Positions 1-13,841 of a stretch of DNA of 64,000 bases are shown here, one piece after another. The notes under the pieces are model-generated. The model had not been told where the DNA came from and did no database searches. It was given only the letters and a program-made list of their open reading frames with translations. The DNA lies in NCBI GenBank assembly GCA_047967505.1, contig CM106538.1; one strand, given 5' to 3'. This DNA is from Dipteris shenzhenensis (lineage: Eukaryota). The first letter of the stretch is position 1. Each line of letters starts with the position of its first letter. The position numbers and the translations under genes were made by a program.

Positions 1-639
1 AAAGGTCATTGCATTTCATAATACAAAGCATCAAAACCGAAAGCGTGCCCTTTGGCCTATTTGTGTTTTGAAGCATTTAAGGCCATATTGCATGTTTAGG
101 ATATCCAATTCTACTGACGTGTATTGTCGGAGGGGGGAAAACTGACAGCTGCAAATTTAGCTACTCCTGTGAATTTTGAATTTTCACACCTCCCACCCAT
201 TAAATTTTGGAAGATTAAGTACCTATAACCTCCCCCCTTGTAAAGGCCTTGCAACCTGCACGTACCTCGACGTGACGTTGCAGAGACTTTGGTTTGACAT
301 TGTCTTCTTTTGGGTAAGTTGTCTTCTATTCTTTGCTTGCCTCACCAAGCTTGTCCATGTGATAGAGAAATACAAAGAGGAATGACATATATGCCCCAAT
401 GGCCCATTAGAAGTAAATACGTTGACCCCCTTTCGACGTGAATGCCATATACCATTGGTCTCCAAGTAAGGCAACCTGCTTGCTCCCTTCCTCACCCTAG
501 CCTTTGAGCACCAATAGGATTTCTGTTGTACTAACTCTCCATGAGAAGAAAACAAGGAAGAAAAAATCTAGAGGTGAAGCACCAATGCCGATTATGTCTA
601 CTCCTGTAAGGACAAAGGAAAAGTGAGCTTGTTAAAGGC

Positions 640-1810
640 TGGCACCAAGAAGAAGAAAGGAAAGTGTCATTATAGCCACAAGCTTGGGCACTACATTGGT
701 GAGTGTCAAAAGAGACTTGAAAGCTAAAAGTAAATAAAGACTCTACAAGCTTTACTACTACCAATAATGATAAGAAGAAACAAACATAAGAAAATACAAA
801 TCTAGTTTAAGATGTGTGGGCTTCGTTATTGCTATGGAGGAATGCTAGATACCAATGAGTAATGTGGGAATAAAATGTGCTAGGTCTTTTGTTGAACTAG
901 CATTCTGGAAAAATGTTGTAAGTGTGCTCAGGTGTGAAAAGTGAGTGATAGTGGGATATATATAGATAGCGATATTGATGTAGGCAGTGATGTAGTTAGA
1001 CATGATCAAGCAATGGTATGCTACACCATTGTAAAGATTACATAAGGCTCAAGTTGATAATAATCAAATATTCCTTTTGTGTTCTCTTAATGACATCTTG
1101 TTGATCCTTATCTCATTGAGTTGATCCCTAAGTTCTCCTCTTCTTTCACTATATTTAAAATTCATAAACATCTCATCTAGATGCAACTACACGAGTCCTT
1201 AGGTATCTTCATGGTCAATGGATTTATGGATTTAGATATGCCAGATTCATGGACTTGTAACTCTATGGTTTTACTAAAGTAGATTGGGTGGTATGACAAA
1301 AGGTGTAGAAATGATTTCTTCTTTAGCCTTGTGTCAGTAGACTTACATGGCAAATCAAGAATCAGCCCCTAGTTCCTTTAACATCTACTAAAGTGGCCTA
1401 CTACACTCTATTCTGATAACATAAGTAGCATTCAATTGGTAAAGAACCCAACTTTTATGCTAGAAAAAAGCATTTTAAAATGTGTTTTCACTTTTTCCAT
1501 GAGAAAGTTTTTAGTGATGATATTGATCTTGTTCACATTCCAACACAAGGAGAAGTTATAGATATCTTCACCAAACCACTCTCCCTTGGCAAATATAGCT
1601 ACGTTCATCAAGCTTAGTATCCTCTAAATCCACATACAGCTCAAGAGAGGGAAGTAAGGGTTAAGTTATATGTACTCTTTCTCTTGCATTCTTTGCACTT
1701 TGTATACATTTTTTGATTTTTTTCCCGCTATCACCATGCAACTTTTAAAAAACCAAAAAATATTAATTATGAATCACCCTTTTCTTATACAACTAAATTT
1801 AAGAGGGGGT
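640..1810 (+). mobile_element. Highly degraded Ty1/copia retrotransposon remnant (gag zinc knuckle, RNase H, PPT-like tract)
   Basis: About 650-720 translates to KKKGKCHYSHKLGHYIGECQKR (decayed CCHC knuckle). About 1415-1590 translates to DNISSIQLVKNPTFYARKKHF...FHFFHEKV...DLVHIPTQ..IDIFTKPL (copia RNase H C-terminus). Purine tract aagagggggt at ~1801. Many stops; boundaries approximate. Confidence 0.7.
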
Positions 1811-3391
1811 GTTCATGATGGTGTAATTTTGCAACATAGAAATAGGGTTCATTGGATGAACCTTAACTCTAACTCTAAGGAGAGAACATGCACACATTTT
1901 AGTAATACATGTGGTGTATGGTTAGTAATCTTGTGCACTCCTCTCTCTCTCTCTCTCTCTTTCTCTCCAACATGATCCATAAGTCAAATGTGATGAGAAG
2001 TATAGTCAATAGAATTGCATGTGTGTTGATTGTAATAAACTGAGCCTAATGTACATCTAATAGCATAAGCGTAGCCAAAACACTCTTTAGACAATTTCTA
2101 GACATACTTGTAAAATCATGGTCCAGTTAGAGAACATTGCTCATGTGGGTTGAACATTGAGAACTCTCCAACCAAACTTCATTTCCATGTAGAAGACCCA
2201 TTAGACATCAAGACTTTGGATTTCAACACCGTATATATTTTGAGGCTCATCAAAGAAAGCGTAAGTCTGAGAGAGGTGATCTCTAGTGCACTCAACTGCC
2301 ACATAGAGTTGTATGGAGGTGATTCAACAACGTCTTGTTCTGACCTCCAATTTGACTTTTGTTTGTTCAAGGATGGTCTTTGGAACTGGATGTAGATATT
2401 TGGAATCACTATCTTAGAGAGAGAAAGATGAAGTCAAGAGAGAGATGATTTGTAGGGCAATCTAGTGCCATGTGGAGGTGATTCAATAAATCTTGTTCTA
2501 ATATTCAATTTGAGTTCCGTCTGTCCGATGCTGATATCAAGATGTTTGGAATCATTACTACGAGTTCTAATCTTCAATTTGAGTTCTGTCTGTCTTAGGC
2601 TGATACTAAGATCCAGAAAAAGTTATTTGGAATCATGATTCTGAGAGAGAAAATATTCTTAGGGAGAAAGTGTAATGGTTCATGCATAAACACCCATTCC
2701 ACACTCTTTGGGTAGTTTTTCACTCCACACTCTTTGGATAGTGCTCTACTCTTAGGGAGAGAATGAAAGGCTAATGTATAAATACCTCATATGCAAAGCA
2801 TTTCACACTCTTTGGGTAGTGTGTTCACTCCCACACTCTTTGGGTAGTGCTCTACACTTGGTGCTCTTCTGCTCTTGTACACTCTCATTATTAGTTTCCA
2901 TGCTTCCTTAGCACTATGAGCATATAATAGCCTGCTAAAGTTGAAATCTCCCAAATCCTGCACTCATTGCTTCCATCCCTTGCAATCTCCCACTTTGTTT
3001 CTTTGTATGTCCCTACTCTCCATCTCTGAGATCTACTCTTCCCTTTAGATCCCAACCCCACTTTAATATACTCGAGATCTACTCTTATAGTTCTTAGAAT
3101 CATAGATTAAACTACTTAATATTCCCCCTCTCAATTAATGAAGGAGACTAGCTCTCCATTCTATCAACCTAGATTCCTAAGGAAGGAAGAACAGAAAGCT
3201 TTTTCTCCTTGTATTAATCCTAAACCTTTCTAAATTGTACAACCATTTTTAAAACCTTAAACCCCTTTTGGAGGTGAAACAAGGTGAAAACCATCATCAA
3301 CTTTGATCAATCAACAACTCTCCTACATATGATCTATTGCAAAGAATCGATTGTCATGCATATATTACATTGTGCACACATAAGCTACCAT

Positions 3392-6300
3392 TGAGAGATA
3401 TCAACAATGGAAGCAAAATGGAAGAAGGTGAGAGAGAGCCATTTCTGAAATACCTGGAACACATTGCTCTTCCGAGCTATGGCATAAGCCCATACTTTCC
3501 TAGGTGCATCATCAATGAATGTCTCATAGTATTCAGCCCCGCCTAATGAAGTGTAGTCATGGGACCACATACGTCTGAATGCACCAAATCAAGCCTTTCA
3601 AGCTCTTTCTTTTCCCTTCTTTTATGGGTTGATTTTGTTTGCTTCCCATAGAGACAATGCTCATAGAATTGAAAGTTAGAAAAACTCAAATACAGTATGT
3701 CACCCAAATGACATAAGAGTTTCATTCCATTTTAACTCATGTGTCCCAACCTGCAATGCCACAAAGAAGTACTTGGTTGCTTGGTTATTGCAACAACATG
3801 ATCATACACCCCTGATACATGTAAGGGATACAATGTCCCACACTTGGTACCTCTTGCTAAAACCATAAAGCCCTTAATTTTCCAACTTTGAAAACCAACG
3901 TCATCTAGTTGACTCGCTGACATAAGACTCTTGGTTAGCTTAGGCACATGTCTCACATTTTTCAAAACAAATGCATACCCCTTTGCAAAAGAAAACTTTA
4001 TGTCAACTACTCCTACTATGCCATGTGCATAGTTATTTTCAAGATGCACACAACCTGTCTTTCCACTATCATAAGTGGCGAACCATTCCCTATGGGGAGC
4101 AACATGGAATGGAGCACTAGAATCCAAAATACAATCTCGGGAATATGCATCATCCGAAGGGGTAAGCAAGTCTCTAGGTAGACTAGACATGAAAAGAATG
4201 GCATTGTCAGTATTATTAGTGACCACATTAATCTCCTTGATCTTCATTTTTCCTTTGTCCTTGTGAGACTCTCTTCCTTCTATTTGCATCCCAATTCACA
4301 TTTTTTTTCTTATCCTTTTTCTCCCTTTTCAGCTTGTAGCAATCCTTTTTCATGTGGCCCTTCTTGCCACAATGGTAACACTCAGTGTTTCGTGCCTTGG
4401 ATTTGCTAGACTTCCCTCTTTCTTGGGACTTCCCCCTGAACTGTGATCTACCTCTTTGCACATTTAAGGCTGCATCTTGCTTGTTGCCATCCATACACTT
4501 TCGTCGTCTAATCTCCTCAGCCAATAAGCTACCCACAACATCATCAAATTTCAGTATTCCACTAGGGGCAGAGTTACTGACAACTGTACGGAAGGTATCC
4601 CATGAGGATGGCAATGACATAAGAGGAATATTGCCATAGTCTCCACATCAAAATTCATCTTCTGAGCCTAAAGATGGCTTTCATTCAAGTGAGAAGCAAT
4701 GGAGGCCCCTTCCTTCATCTGCAACTCAAACAACCTCTTCATGAGGTAAACTTTGTTAGAGGCAGTTTCCTTCTCATAAGTGGCACATAATTTTTTCTAC
4801 AAATCTTTCGTAGTCTGCTCATTCGCTACCGTAAAATAGACTGACTCTACAAGATGAAGTCTAACAGTATACTTTGCTAATGCATCCAACTCATTCCAAT
4901 CATCCTCAAGACATATCTACAGGCTTAGCCTCAATCCTTGCCAAGGGTTTAATATGCTTCTTTTGAATAAGCACAATCCCTATCTATTCTTTCCACAAAG
5001 AAAAGTTTGTCCCATCAAACATTTTAATTCTAAAAAACTCATTTTCAGACATGGAAGAGGATGCCATGATGCAAATGAAACAAAATCCCAAATGCTAGTA
5101 CCTATAAGACAGAAATCACACAAAATACCAAGTGTAGCCAAATATGTATGCCAAAATGGAAGGTAATATCACCAAACATCAAAGGCTCAAAGCATCAAAT
5201 GCATCTGACTCATGTGCATATACTATGCATCCATATGAGCAAATTTGGCCCAAAAGAAAATGCTAACTGGCAATGGCAAAATAATGGCGATTGCCAAAAT
5301 GCCTCGAGCATAAATTTTGTCCATGAGCATATGCATCAAGAAAATCTCATCTAAGAGATCATAGCACAACCTATGCATCCACACTGCAATATGTCAAAGC
5401 TGTCTCTCAGCATAAAATAGCATTTGTGTGCTAAACATCCATTAATAAAGCACCCACAAGGCAATCTGGGCCTGTCAACGCATCCAAAAAGGATCACAAT
5501 GCATCCAAATGGCCTGTAAAGCATCCATTGCAACTCAATGCAAACCATGAATGAGCACACAAGGCTCATACTGCAACCAAAGTGATCTGCATAACGTATA
5601 TACAAAAAACCGCGGCCCCACGGTAATGATCGCTAGTGAAAAAAGAAACTGGAAGGCCTCAAAACATGGGCATCACTGCATAATCGGTCTCAGTATGACA
5701 ATTTGCAATATCTCTCTTCTCCCAGTGATTCGGACCACGGTTTTCAAAAGCAACTGTTCCATTGCATTTCGGAGGCCAAAAACCCCTACCTGTCAGCTCT
5801 TGTACGATTCTGTGGAGATTTGGAGAAGTTTCGTCTCTCTGAGATGCCAAATTGTTAGTTTCTCTGTCAAAAATCCATTCAAAGTTTTAAACCCTTAATT
5901 TCTTGATTACAGGTCAATTGTAAGGGTTGCCTCCCCGTTTCCCATTCATCGGTTGGAAACACATGGACCAAAAAACCTTTACAGACCTGTTTGTAAACAC
6001 CACTGGAGTGTGAATGATGAGCAATACAAAAGTTTTAGGACCTTCTGAGCCCATCGAAACGGACAAATATGCGAATGGTTGCTTCAAACTTGAGTTCCAA
6101 CACATTGGCAGAAAAATGTTTAAGCGAATACAGTGAGTCAAAAATCCAATCAAATGATTGCAAATTCAAGAATGAAGAAGTTTTAAACTTCTAAAGTGCA
6201 ATGGACACCAAAAGCAAGCAATGGTTCCCTTCACAAGTCATTTTGGACTCTCAGTCGTGTCAAAAGGGACAGGGGAGTCATCAAAAAGTGTCTAAGTTTT

Positions 6301-6665
6301 GCTCCAAAACCATTAGAGAACTTTCCAAAGGTTTATGCAAGGTCTCTGTTCAATAGGATGTAGGTAAAGTCACCCAACAGAGCTTCTCCTTCCTCCCACA
6401 GAGCTATAGCACAGCAAACTTCGGGCTCCAGGCACACTCAGGCACATCTAGACACTCGCGCTTTGATACTAGTTGAGGATCTCAACAATAGAAGCATAAT
6501 GGAAGAAGGTGTGGAAGAAGGTGAGAGAGAGGGAGAGTCAGAAGAGAGAGCCATACAAGTTTTGGTGGGCGCAGAACACCCTAATCCTCTATGTCATCCA
6601 TATATATATGTGTTTGAGTATTGTACGTAACAGGGGTTAAGGTACATTTGCCTTTAACCCCCACA
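3392..6665 (-). mobile_element. Internally deleted Ty1/copia LTR retrotransposon, same family as 37718-43629
   Basis: 5' LTR 6474-6665 begins TGTGGGGGTTAAAGG on the minus strand, like the LTR at 37718. Degenerate PBS TAGTATCAAAGC at 6460-6471. Gag, protease, GAG-pre-integrase and start of integrase at ~5068-3440 (CYHCGKKGHMKKDC, ILDSSAPFH, WHCRLGHMS, LVHSDVCGP). Only the last ~50 bp of the 3' LTR remain (3392-3441). Flanks ACCAT (3387-3391) and ACCGT (6666-6670) form a 5-bp TSD with one mismatch. Confidence 0.9.
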
Positions 6666-7597
6666 ACCGTAAGTGGCATAACACTAGTAGGTGACTTAAA
6701 CCTCGAAGCACATATGTATGAGAATGAGTGACAATAATAGGAAAGGGAGAAGGAGGCATTGGGATGGAAGAGGAATGCCCAGATATTTTGAATCTTGACT
6801 CCTTAACATGAATTATAGGACCATAATAGTTCAATTCTCCTTGCATATCTTTATGATGAAGTAGATGAATTCCATGCCCCAAAGCCATAGCTTAATTGGG
6901 CCACTCCTTCAAGTCTTTGATTCAAAGAAATCAAATAATATCTCAAAAACACATACATGCCTCTATTGATGGGGAGTCTAGTTGAGCAAACTAATGGTGG
7001 AATTATGTGAGAGCCATAAGACTGCCCTTTAATTCATAAAGACATCCTATGTAGGATAATCATCTTGTAGCGAAATCCAATGCCAAATGCCTCACACAAC
7101 ACATCGGCCTATGCCCGATGCGGCCAACAAAGCTCATGATAGCTTTGACGACTCGAGCCATCTCTACAAATGACCCTTGATAACCGTGCGGCTCTGTGAC
7201 AAATTTAATGGCCTGTGGTGGTAGAATCTTCTAGATTCCATCAGAATCTGTGAAGATTTTGACCTATCATAGGGCTTGGACCATAAGTTGCTCATAGCAC
7301 CCTCCAAATGCTAGGCGAAGCCCATCCTACAAACACTACACCACACTGAACAAAACATGCAAATGAAACAAACACCAAAGCATCAATTAAATGAAAAACA
7401 CATTTAGCGATTCACAATGATCAATCCACTAGATAGGAACATATATCCAATGACAACTAAATCAACCAACAAATAAACAGCATGTGCCCATTGGCAACCT
7501 CATAACAAGCCATGAGCCACATGTACCTGTTCACAAAACCATATGCCACATGCCAAACACTCAGTCTCCTCGTTGCTACAACCATTGACCAAACAAC

Positions 7598-7794
7598 GAC
7601 ACGTGTCATCGCTCGATGCCGATAGAAGCTTTGACGTCGCTGCAACAATAAAAGCGTTGCCACGTGTAACCCTGCTCCCTTGGCCATTGACGACGAGAAT
7701 CGTCTCCGGTTGTTGTTGGTCAAACCGGGTGAAAGCAAGTGTATCCAGCTGCACCCGCTTACACTCGGTGTCCCTTTGCTTTTCCTAGACGTGG
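7598..7794 (+). promoter_or_regulatory. Cluster of ACGT-core motifs (G-box/ABRE/C-box-like) about 1.2-1.35 kb upstream of the CASP-like gene
   Basis: GACACGTGTC 7598-7607, TGACGTC 7632-7638, CACGTG 7661-7666 and ACGTGG 7789-7794, in a CpG-retaining region. Function is inferred only. Confidence 0.35.
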
Positions 7795-8954
7795 GAATGC
7801 CCTCTGAGAGGCCATTCCTATAGGACGGAGAGGAGAGCAGTGATGTGTTGCACCCGAGGCAACGGGTGAGGTCCCCATAGTTTTGAGAGAGCTACAATTT
7901 GGAGGCCTTGTGAGCTCAGCGTGGTTTGTCAAAAGGAGCCAGAGATGTTCCAAAAAAAAAAAAGAAAAAAAGGAGGCGAGGGGGGGTAACCAATGACAAT
8001 CCTCAACCCGGAGACACTCCTGGGGAACATCCCCATAGTGTGTGAGCTAGGGGATGTTCCACCATAGCTCCAAGCTTCTTAGCCTCGGAAGGAGACATTG
8101 GGGATTGCTGAAGAAGAAGAAGAGGCTTGGTGCAAAAATGTGTGAGAGAGAACCAAAAAAAATTGGGAATGCGAAACTCGTCCGAAGGGATGGAGGATGA
8201 TGATGATATGACAGGTGCTGCGTCCGAAGCAGCTATGGAAGCTGCTGCTTCGCAAAACCGATGTTTCTTCGTGCTCCCCAAAAAATTTCGAAAACCGATG
8301 TTGGTTCCTCCCCAAAAATTTCTGCGGGTGGCGAGGAGGAGGAGGAGGAGGAGGAGGGAAGCAAGCAAGCAAGAAAGCAAAATCGTTGTGGCGAAATGTG
8401 TAAAGAGTCCTCGACAGCAGAAGCGATGGCTATGGCGAAACGATGATAGAGAGGAGGAGCAGCAGAAGCGATGGCTATGGCGATGGCGATGCGCACTGTT
8501 GCTTGAGCCTGCTCTTTTTTCTTTTAGATCACTGCCAAAAAGCTGCTGCTTCTTCTTCTTCTTGTTCGTCTTCTTCTTCTTCGTCTTCCATCAGCTCAAC
8601 GTCATATCATCCAACGCTTTTCTGCAAAAAAGAACTCTTCAGGTCCCCACTATCCCTGCCGACCTCGCCATCTCCACTTTGATGCTCCTCTTCCCTCCTC
8701 AGCCCTCCATCAATCTCCCACAAACAGCGCATTCCCAGCTGCTCTTCTCACCCATTTCCCACACCCTTTCATCTTCATCAATTCCTACCTTCAGTCTCGC
8801 CTCCCTTCCTGTATACCTTTTGTAACCGCTCTCACTGCTCATCCTGACAAGCAATTGGAGCAACCATCATGGCCCTTATGAAGACGACCCATTCCATAAC
8901 CTGATTCTTTAACTCTAGAGATTGATAACTTACGACTTGCCCCCTAGATCGAGG

Positions 8955-11900
8955 ATGAAAAACATGCCCGGGACGCCTGGCACTGTTGGAAGTTTGGTGC
9001 TGCGTATCGGCCAATTAGCATTTTCTATCGCCGCCCTCGCCATGATGCTCAGTAGCTCAGAGTTCTCGAACTATACTGCTTTCTGGTACTTTGGCTCTCC
9101 TTTCTTCAAAGAACGCTCTTCAATTGTTCTCCGACATGCTGCCATGACTTTAATTTGCGTAGCCCAACTCTGGCATTGTCTAGATAACCTTAATTTGCGT
9201 AGCCGAACTCTGGCATCATTCAAATTTATTGTGCTTCTAGAAGCCTACCCTCCTCCACGGAAATCGGAGCAATTTCCCCCGGCAAGTTATTCCGTAGCGA
9301 TCGTTTGAGCCGTTTATTTCTCTTCTATATTGACTTATCGCTTGCAACGATCCGTCTATTTCTAACGTGCTAGTTTATTGTCTTATAGAGCGGGTCTCGC
9401 TCGCTTTGATTGCTATCCTGGGTGCCCTACCAAGCGTAGCCTCATAGTTCAACGTAGGTTTTACTTTTTTCAGTGCCTTCAGAGAGCTTTAGTAGTTTGC
9501 CTGCCCGGCATCTCCGTGCATCGGCTACACAATGCTTTCTAAAGAGAATTGAGACATAATGGTGGTGTTCGCGAGCTTGAAACTCGCAGCGCGCGGCGCG
9601 GGGGGGCGTTGCCGTAGTAAGGGGGGGAGGGGTCCTCCACGTGGACCCACTCATGCAATTGACACTTCTGCCTTCCTTCGTAATCGGTGCCCGTGCGAAG
9701 CATTGGCATGCATGGGCGTGATGCTTCACTGCCACTGACCCCCACACAATCTGCCCCCCCTTCCCCACGCACTCCAGTCTGCACCCCTCACCACTCTCTC
9801 CCACTGCCCATATGACCATACACCAAATGATCTGTTGACCTTGTGTTTGAGTTGGTCTACACGTTTGCTACTACAGAAGGATAGTTTGCAAAATTGAAGA
9901 TAATGCAAGCTGCAATCAAATATGGTATTAGATCTAATGAAGCTGAGCTTTGATGAATTCTTGTGAGTGAGGGATAGAAATGTGAGAGTGGGAGCACAGC
10001 CACATGCACACAAGATGATTTACAATGGACAATCTATTAGCAAAATAAGAAAAAGCAATTTTATATACATCTTGGTTGAGGATTGCTCCCCCACACCGTG
10101 CTTTAATGTTGGCCTATGGTTCTTACCCTATCTCTCTAATATGCATAACAACATGAGACCAATAATAATGCTTTCATTCCAACACTTCTCCTTCATGTTA
10201 TATCTGATTTCTATGATACGAAGAAGTTTGTGAATGTTTCAGACTTCGCTTGAGGCAATCCTAGGTTTGCTAATTTATCTTCAGAGAAAACTGGATTAGG
10301 AATATCTCCCATTTCCACTTCATATTGAAGGGAATGATAAAAGATATCTATGTCCTTAGCCTTTACATGATCTTTTGGTTATGTTCATTGATCTTCACAG
10401 AAGATCGGACATAAGGAATATCTCCTTTTCCTCTGGATATTGAATGGAATGACAAAAGATGTGTCAGCGTTTCCATGATCTTTTGGATTTTTGCCAGGGT
10501 GATTGGCTCATGTTTTCACAAAAGATAACTATAGGTTCTTCTTGGGATCACCAAGATGTCTGCTCAACAAAAGTTGCTTCGTATGCACATTTGTACAGAT
10601 AAATGTACTGCGTCCCTGTGGTTGTCAAAGCAACTGCTGTTTGGTTCTTGCTCAACCATATTATTAAGTGTTTATTAATCTTTAATGTATAACCAATGGT
10701 TGATATCCGATCCTCTCCTCCCTAGTCTACGTTACACATTCTGATGAGGTATGGTTTTTAACTTGAATGCTTTGAATATTCAAGGTTATAGTCCATTCTA
10801 TTGAGGTACTTGGATTTCCTTTTGACAATCTTTCAATGATGCTCATATGGCTTGGACATGTCCAGTTAGTTTCTCATGGGATACCTTGGGTCTATGAAAT
10901 AAGGTTTTATTGAATTAAAAAAAAAAGCCTCCATATCTTTTTAGTGTAGAGTTGGATGACTCATATCGGCATTTGATTCCATATTGCTAAAGAATTGATG
11001 TTAGAAATGTGTTGTTTTTTTGGGCTGAATGCTATTCACCTTTCTGTTGAAGTTTGCTTTAAAAGTGGTTCAGTTTGGACAGACTGGCGGATGCAAAAAC
11101 TGTAAAAAATTATTCATAAATTGAGCTTGGTACATACCTTGAGTAATCATTCAAAGTTTCCAAAAGTGTTGTAGAGTGTGGTTATCGATGTTAGTGAAGG
11201 TAAATCCCCAATCGGATATACATGCCACGGTGTGGCTCTTGAAAGACCATTCCAACTAGGGCTCATGGTTTTGATTTTGAACATAATAGGCTCTAGATTG
11301 CCATTGAATTTTTGCTGTCATAACCAATTGGGGAACCCAATCATTTGAAGGCAAGAAGGGTGATTCCCTGAGGAAACTCGGGTCGACACTTTCCCTTGTG
11401 AGCTGGCAACTAGGGGCGACCTAACTGGACTTAGGGTGATTATGCTTGGGTGCAGCGAGGATAACTTTAGACAGATTTAGTTGACGTTGTTAGGTTACCC
11501 CCGGATTAACCTAGTGAGACCATTGCAACTAGGGCTCATGGTTTTGATTTTGAACATAAAAGGCTCTAGATTGCCATTGAATTTTTGCTGTCATACCAAT
11601 CGGGGAACCCAATCATTTGAAGGCAAGAAGGGTGATTCCCTGAGGGAACTCGGGTCGACACTTTACCATGTGAGCTGGCAACTAGGGGCGACCTAACTGG
11701 ACTTAGGGTGATTATGCTTGGGTGCAGCGAGGATAACTTTAGACAGATTTAGTTGACGTTGTTAGGTTACCCCCAGATTAACCTAGTGAGGACTTAACAA
11801 ATTCTAGATAAGGTGACACATGGTAATGACACGTAGATGAGATGTCATATGGCAGTGATGTGCTGATTAGGGCTTTGCTGACTCTCATAACCAGGTGTGT

Positions 11901-13750
11901 AATGCCATATTTCAAACAATTACATTCATCCACAGAGTTTGGGACTTACCTCACTGGAGACTTCCGTGAACTTGTAAATTGGGGGTGAGAAACTCACGTG
12001 AGGATGATTGTGTGTCCTCATGGACCCTTGCAGGGGAGTTCTCGGGGTTTGCTCTTTGATGGAGGTGTCAATGGGCTTAAGGCTAGGGATTTTGAGACGC
12101 TTCTTTTGAGTTTTGTGGACTTCCAAGCCCTTCATGTGTGGGGTTTGCCTTCTTCTAAATGTGTTTACCTCTGTGTTTAGGTGTTTTGATTATGGAGCCA
12201 CTGATGTGACCTGCGGCTTGTTTCGCTGACTGTTCAATGTACACACTCACTGGGTTTTGACCTCTGCCTACTAGTTGCTGCTGTAATGCAGCAACTGTGC
12301 TGCCACTGGGCTTAGAGCCCTTGGCCTGGCTGATAAGAATTGTCATCCCTTGCGCCTGCATGTGGACAGTTGGACCATGATCAGTCCCCATGAAATGATG
12401 TGCGCCTTATGATAGAGAGCCTTATGCTCTAGGGCACAGCACTGTGCTTCTTGGTACAGCTGTTGCTGTGCAGCAGCTGCCACTGAAGATCTCTTAGCTC
12501 TCTTCACCAAAACATCTCGAGCCTTTTCAGAAGTTATGCAGCTCAGGAATATTTCTCAGTGGGGCACTGATTCCATTATAGCAAAGGACAAGCATGCTTG
12601 ATATCGATAGGCTACTTCAAATTAGCACAATCCTCTTCTCCCAACTTTAATTCCTGCACCATACAAATGCTTGCTCTCAGTCTGTTGAGAGCAAGTTCCC
12701 ATTTCCTCCCATTGGGGTTTCTTACCCAAGATCTTTGTCTTCTTTGCCAGCAGTCGCTAGATGTTCTGATAGCTCAATCTGTAATCTATTAGAAATAGAA
12801 TTTAAAAACCTTATATACATCTAGGGTTAGGGTTAGTTCCCATACCCTCTAATAGATTGTAGATGTTCTGATAGCTCAATCTACAATCTATTAAAAATAG
12901 AATTTAAAAACCTTAGATACATCTAGGGTTAGGGTCAGTTCCCATACCCCTGAGGTATTCTCCCTATCCATGTAACATGCATTACTGTAAGAGATTATAT
13001 TAATGTTCATGAACTGCATCCTCTTCATTGTAATCTTTGGCTATACTTAATAGGAGCCACTTTTTGCAGAATAATTAATTAATGAATTCATTCCAGCAAA
13101 TTTTGTTGACGAAACGAGGGAATTGATTTGAAAAATACTTAACAGTTTCTCAATTTGATAATTTGATCCTTAGTGTTTACAATGCAAAATAATATTTGCT
13201 GTTTTGTTGTGGTTCCATATGTCAGTTACTTGGTAGCAGCAATGGGGATGCAATGCCTGTGGAGCTGTGCGATGGGCATCTTCGACAGTTATGTCTTGCT
13301 GTGGAGAAGAGGCTCCTGGAATCTGTGTATAGTGAGCTTGTTTGCTGTTGGTGACTGGGTAAGTGCCTCTTGTAATGAGTGAGAATTTTCTCTTTTGACT
13401 GGAAGAGCATGGAAAGTAGTAGTAAAGCCGTGCGCTTTTATGCTTTATTGTCTGATTTGGAGGGCTAGGTGGATTTCTGCCTTTGTCATTTTGTGATCAT
13501 TTCTTCCTGCTAGTCTGTATTCATATGCCTCGTTCTACTACTCTTTTTGCCGTAGCAGGTTTCTGCAACAATTTCCTTGGCAGCTGCATGTGCAACGGCA
13601 GGAGTTACAGTCCTTTTTGATAGAGACTTGCATTGGTGTGTAAGGAATGTTTGTATCAAGTATCAAGTTGGAACATCTTTGGCATTTTTAAGCTGGTTTT
13701 TGATGGCGATATCCTTTGTCTTAACATTTTGGCTCTTAGCAACAGGATGA
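8955..13750 (+). CDS. CASP-like (MARVEL-related, DUF588) four-TM protein of the CASPL5 group, 151 aa; exons 8955-9085, 13226-13358, 13559-13750
   Basis: Spliced frame MKNMPGTPGTVGSLVLRIGQLAFSIAALAMMLSSSEFSNYTAFC|YLVAAMGMQCLWSCAMGIFDSYVLL...SLFAVGDW|VSATISLAAACATAGVTVLFDRDLHWCVRNVCIKYQVGTSLAFLSWFLMAISFVLTFWLLATG*. GT-AG introns are in compatible phases, total 456 nt. PGT..L.LR..Q, FS.YTAFCYL, GDW and AAC motifs are characteristic of CASPL5. Confidence 0.95.
11244..11790. repeat. Near-identical 273-bp tandem duplication inside CASPL intron 1 (part of an LTR-like insert)
   Basis: agaccatt(c/g)caactagggctcatggttttg...ggattaacctagtgag occurs starting at 11244 and 11517. Confidence 0.9.
12758..12950. 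repeat. ~102-bp tandem duplication in CASPL intron 1
   Basis: tagatgttctgatagctcaatct...ctagggttaggg...cccataccc starts at 12758 and 12860. Confidence 0.85.
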
Positions 13751-13803
13751 GTAAGAGCAGTCTTATAGAAATATAAATACAAAAGTTTGTTAAGAACTCT
13801 CTC

Positions 13804-13841
<38 letters not shown>

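Noticed and set aside
8003-8825. Overlapping ORFs upstream of CASPL (232 aa on +; 125 aa on - with a signal-like start and SPGVSPG end, superficially CEP-like)
   Set aside because: They are driven by (GGA)n/(CTT)n repeats. The minus ORF starts at TTG with no ATG ahead of the hydrophobic run, and the CEP consensus is not met.
11189-12977. Solo LTR with defined ends in CASPL intron 1
   Set aside because: TG...CA candidates exist but there is no matching TSD, so only the internal duplications are reported.
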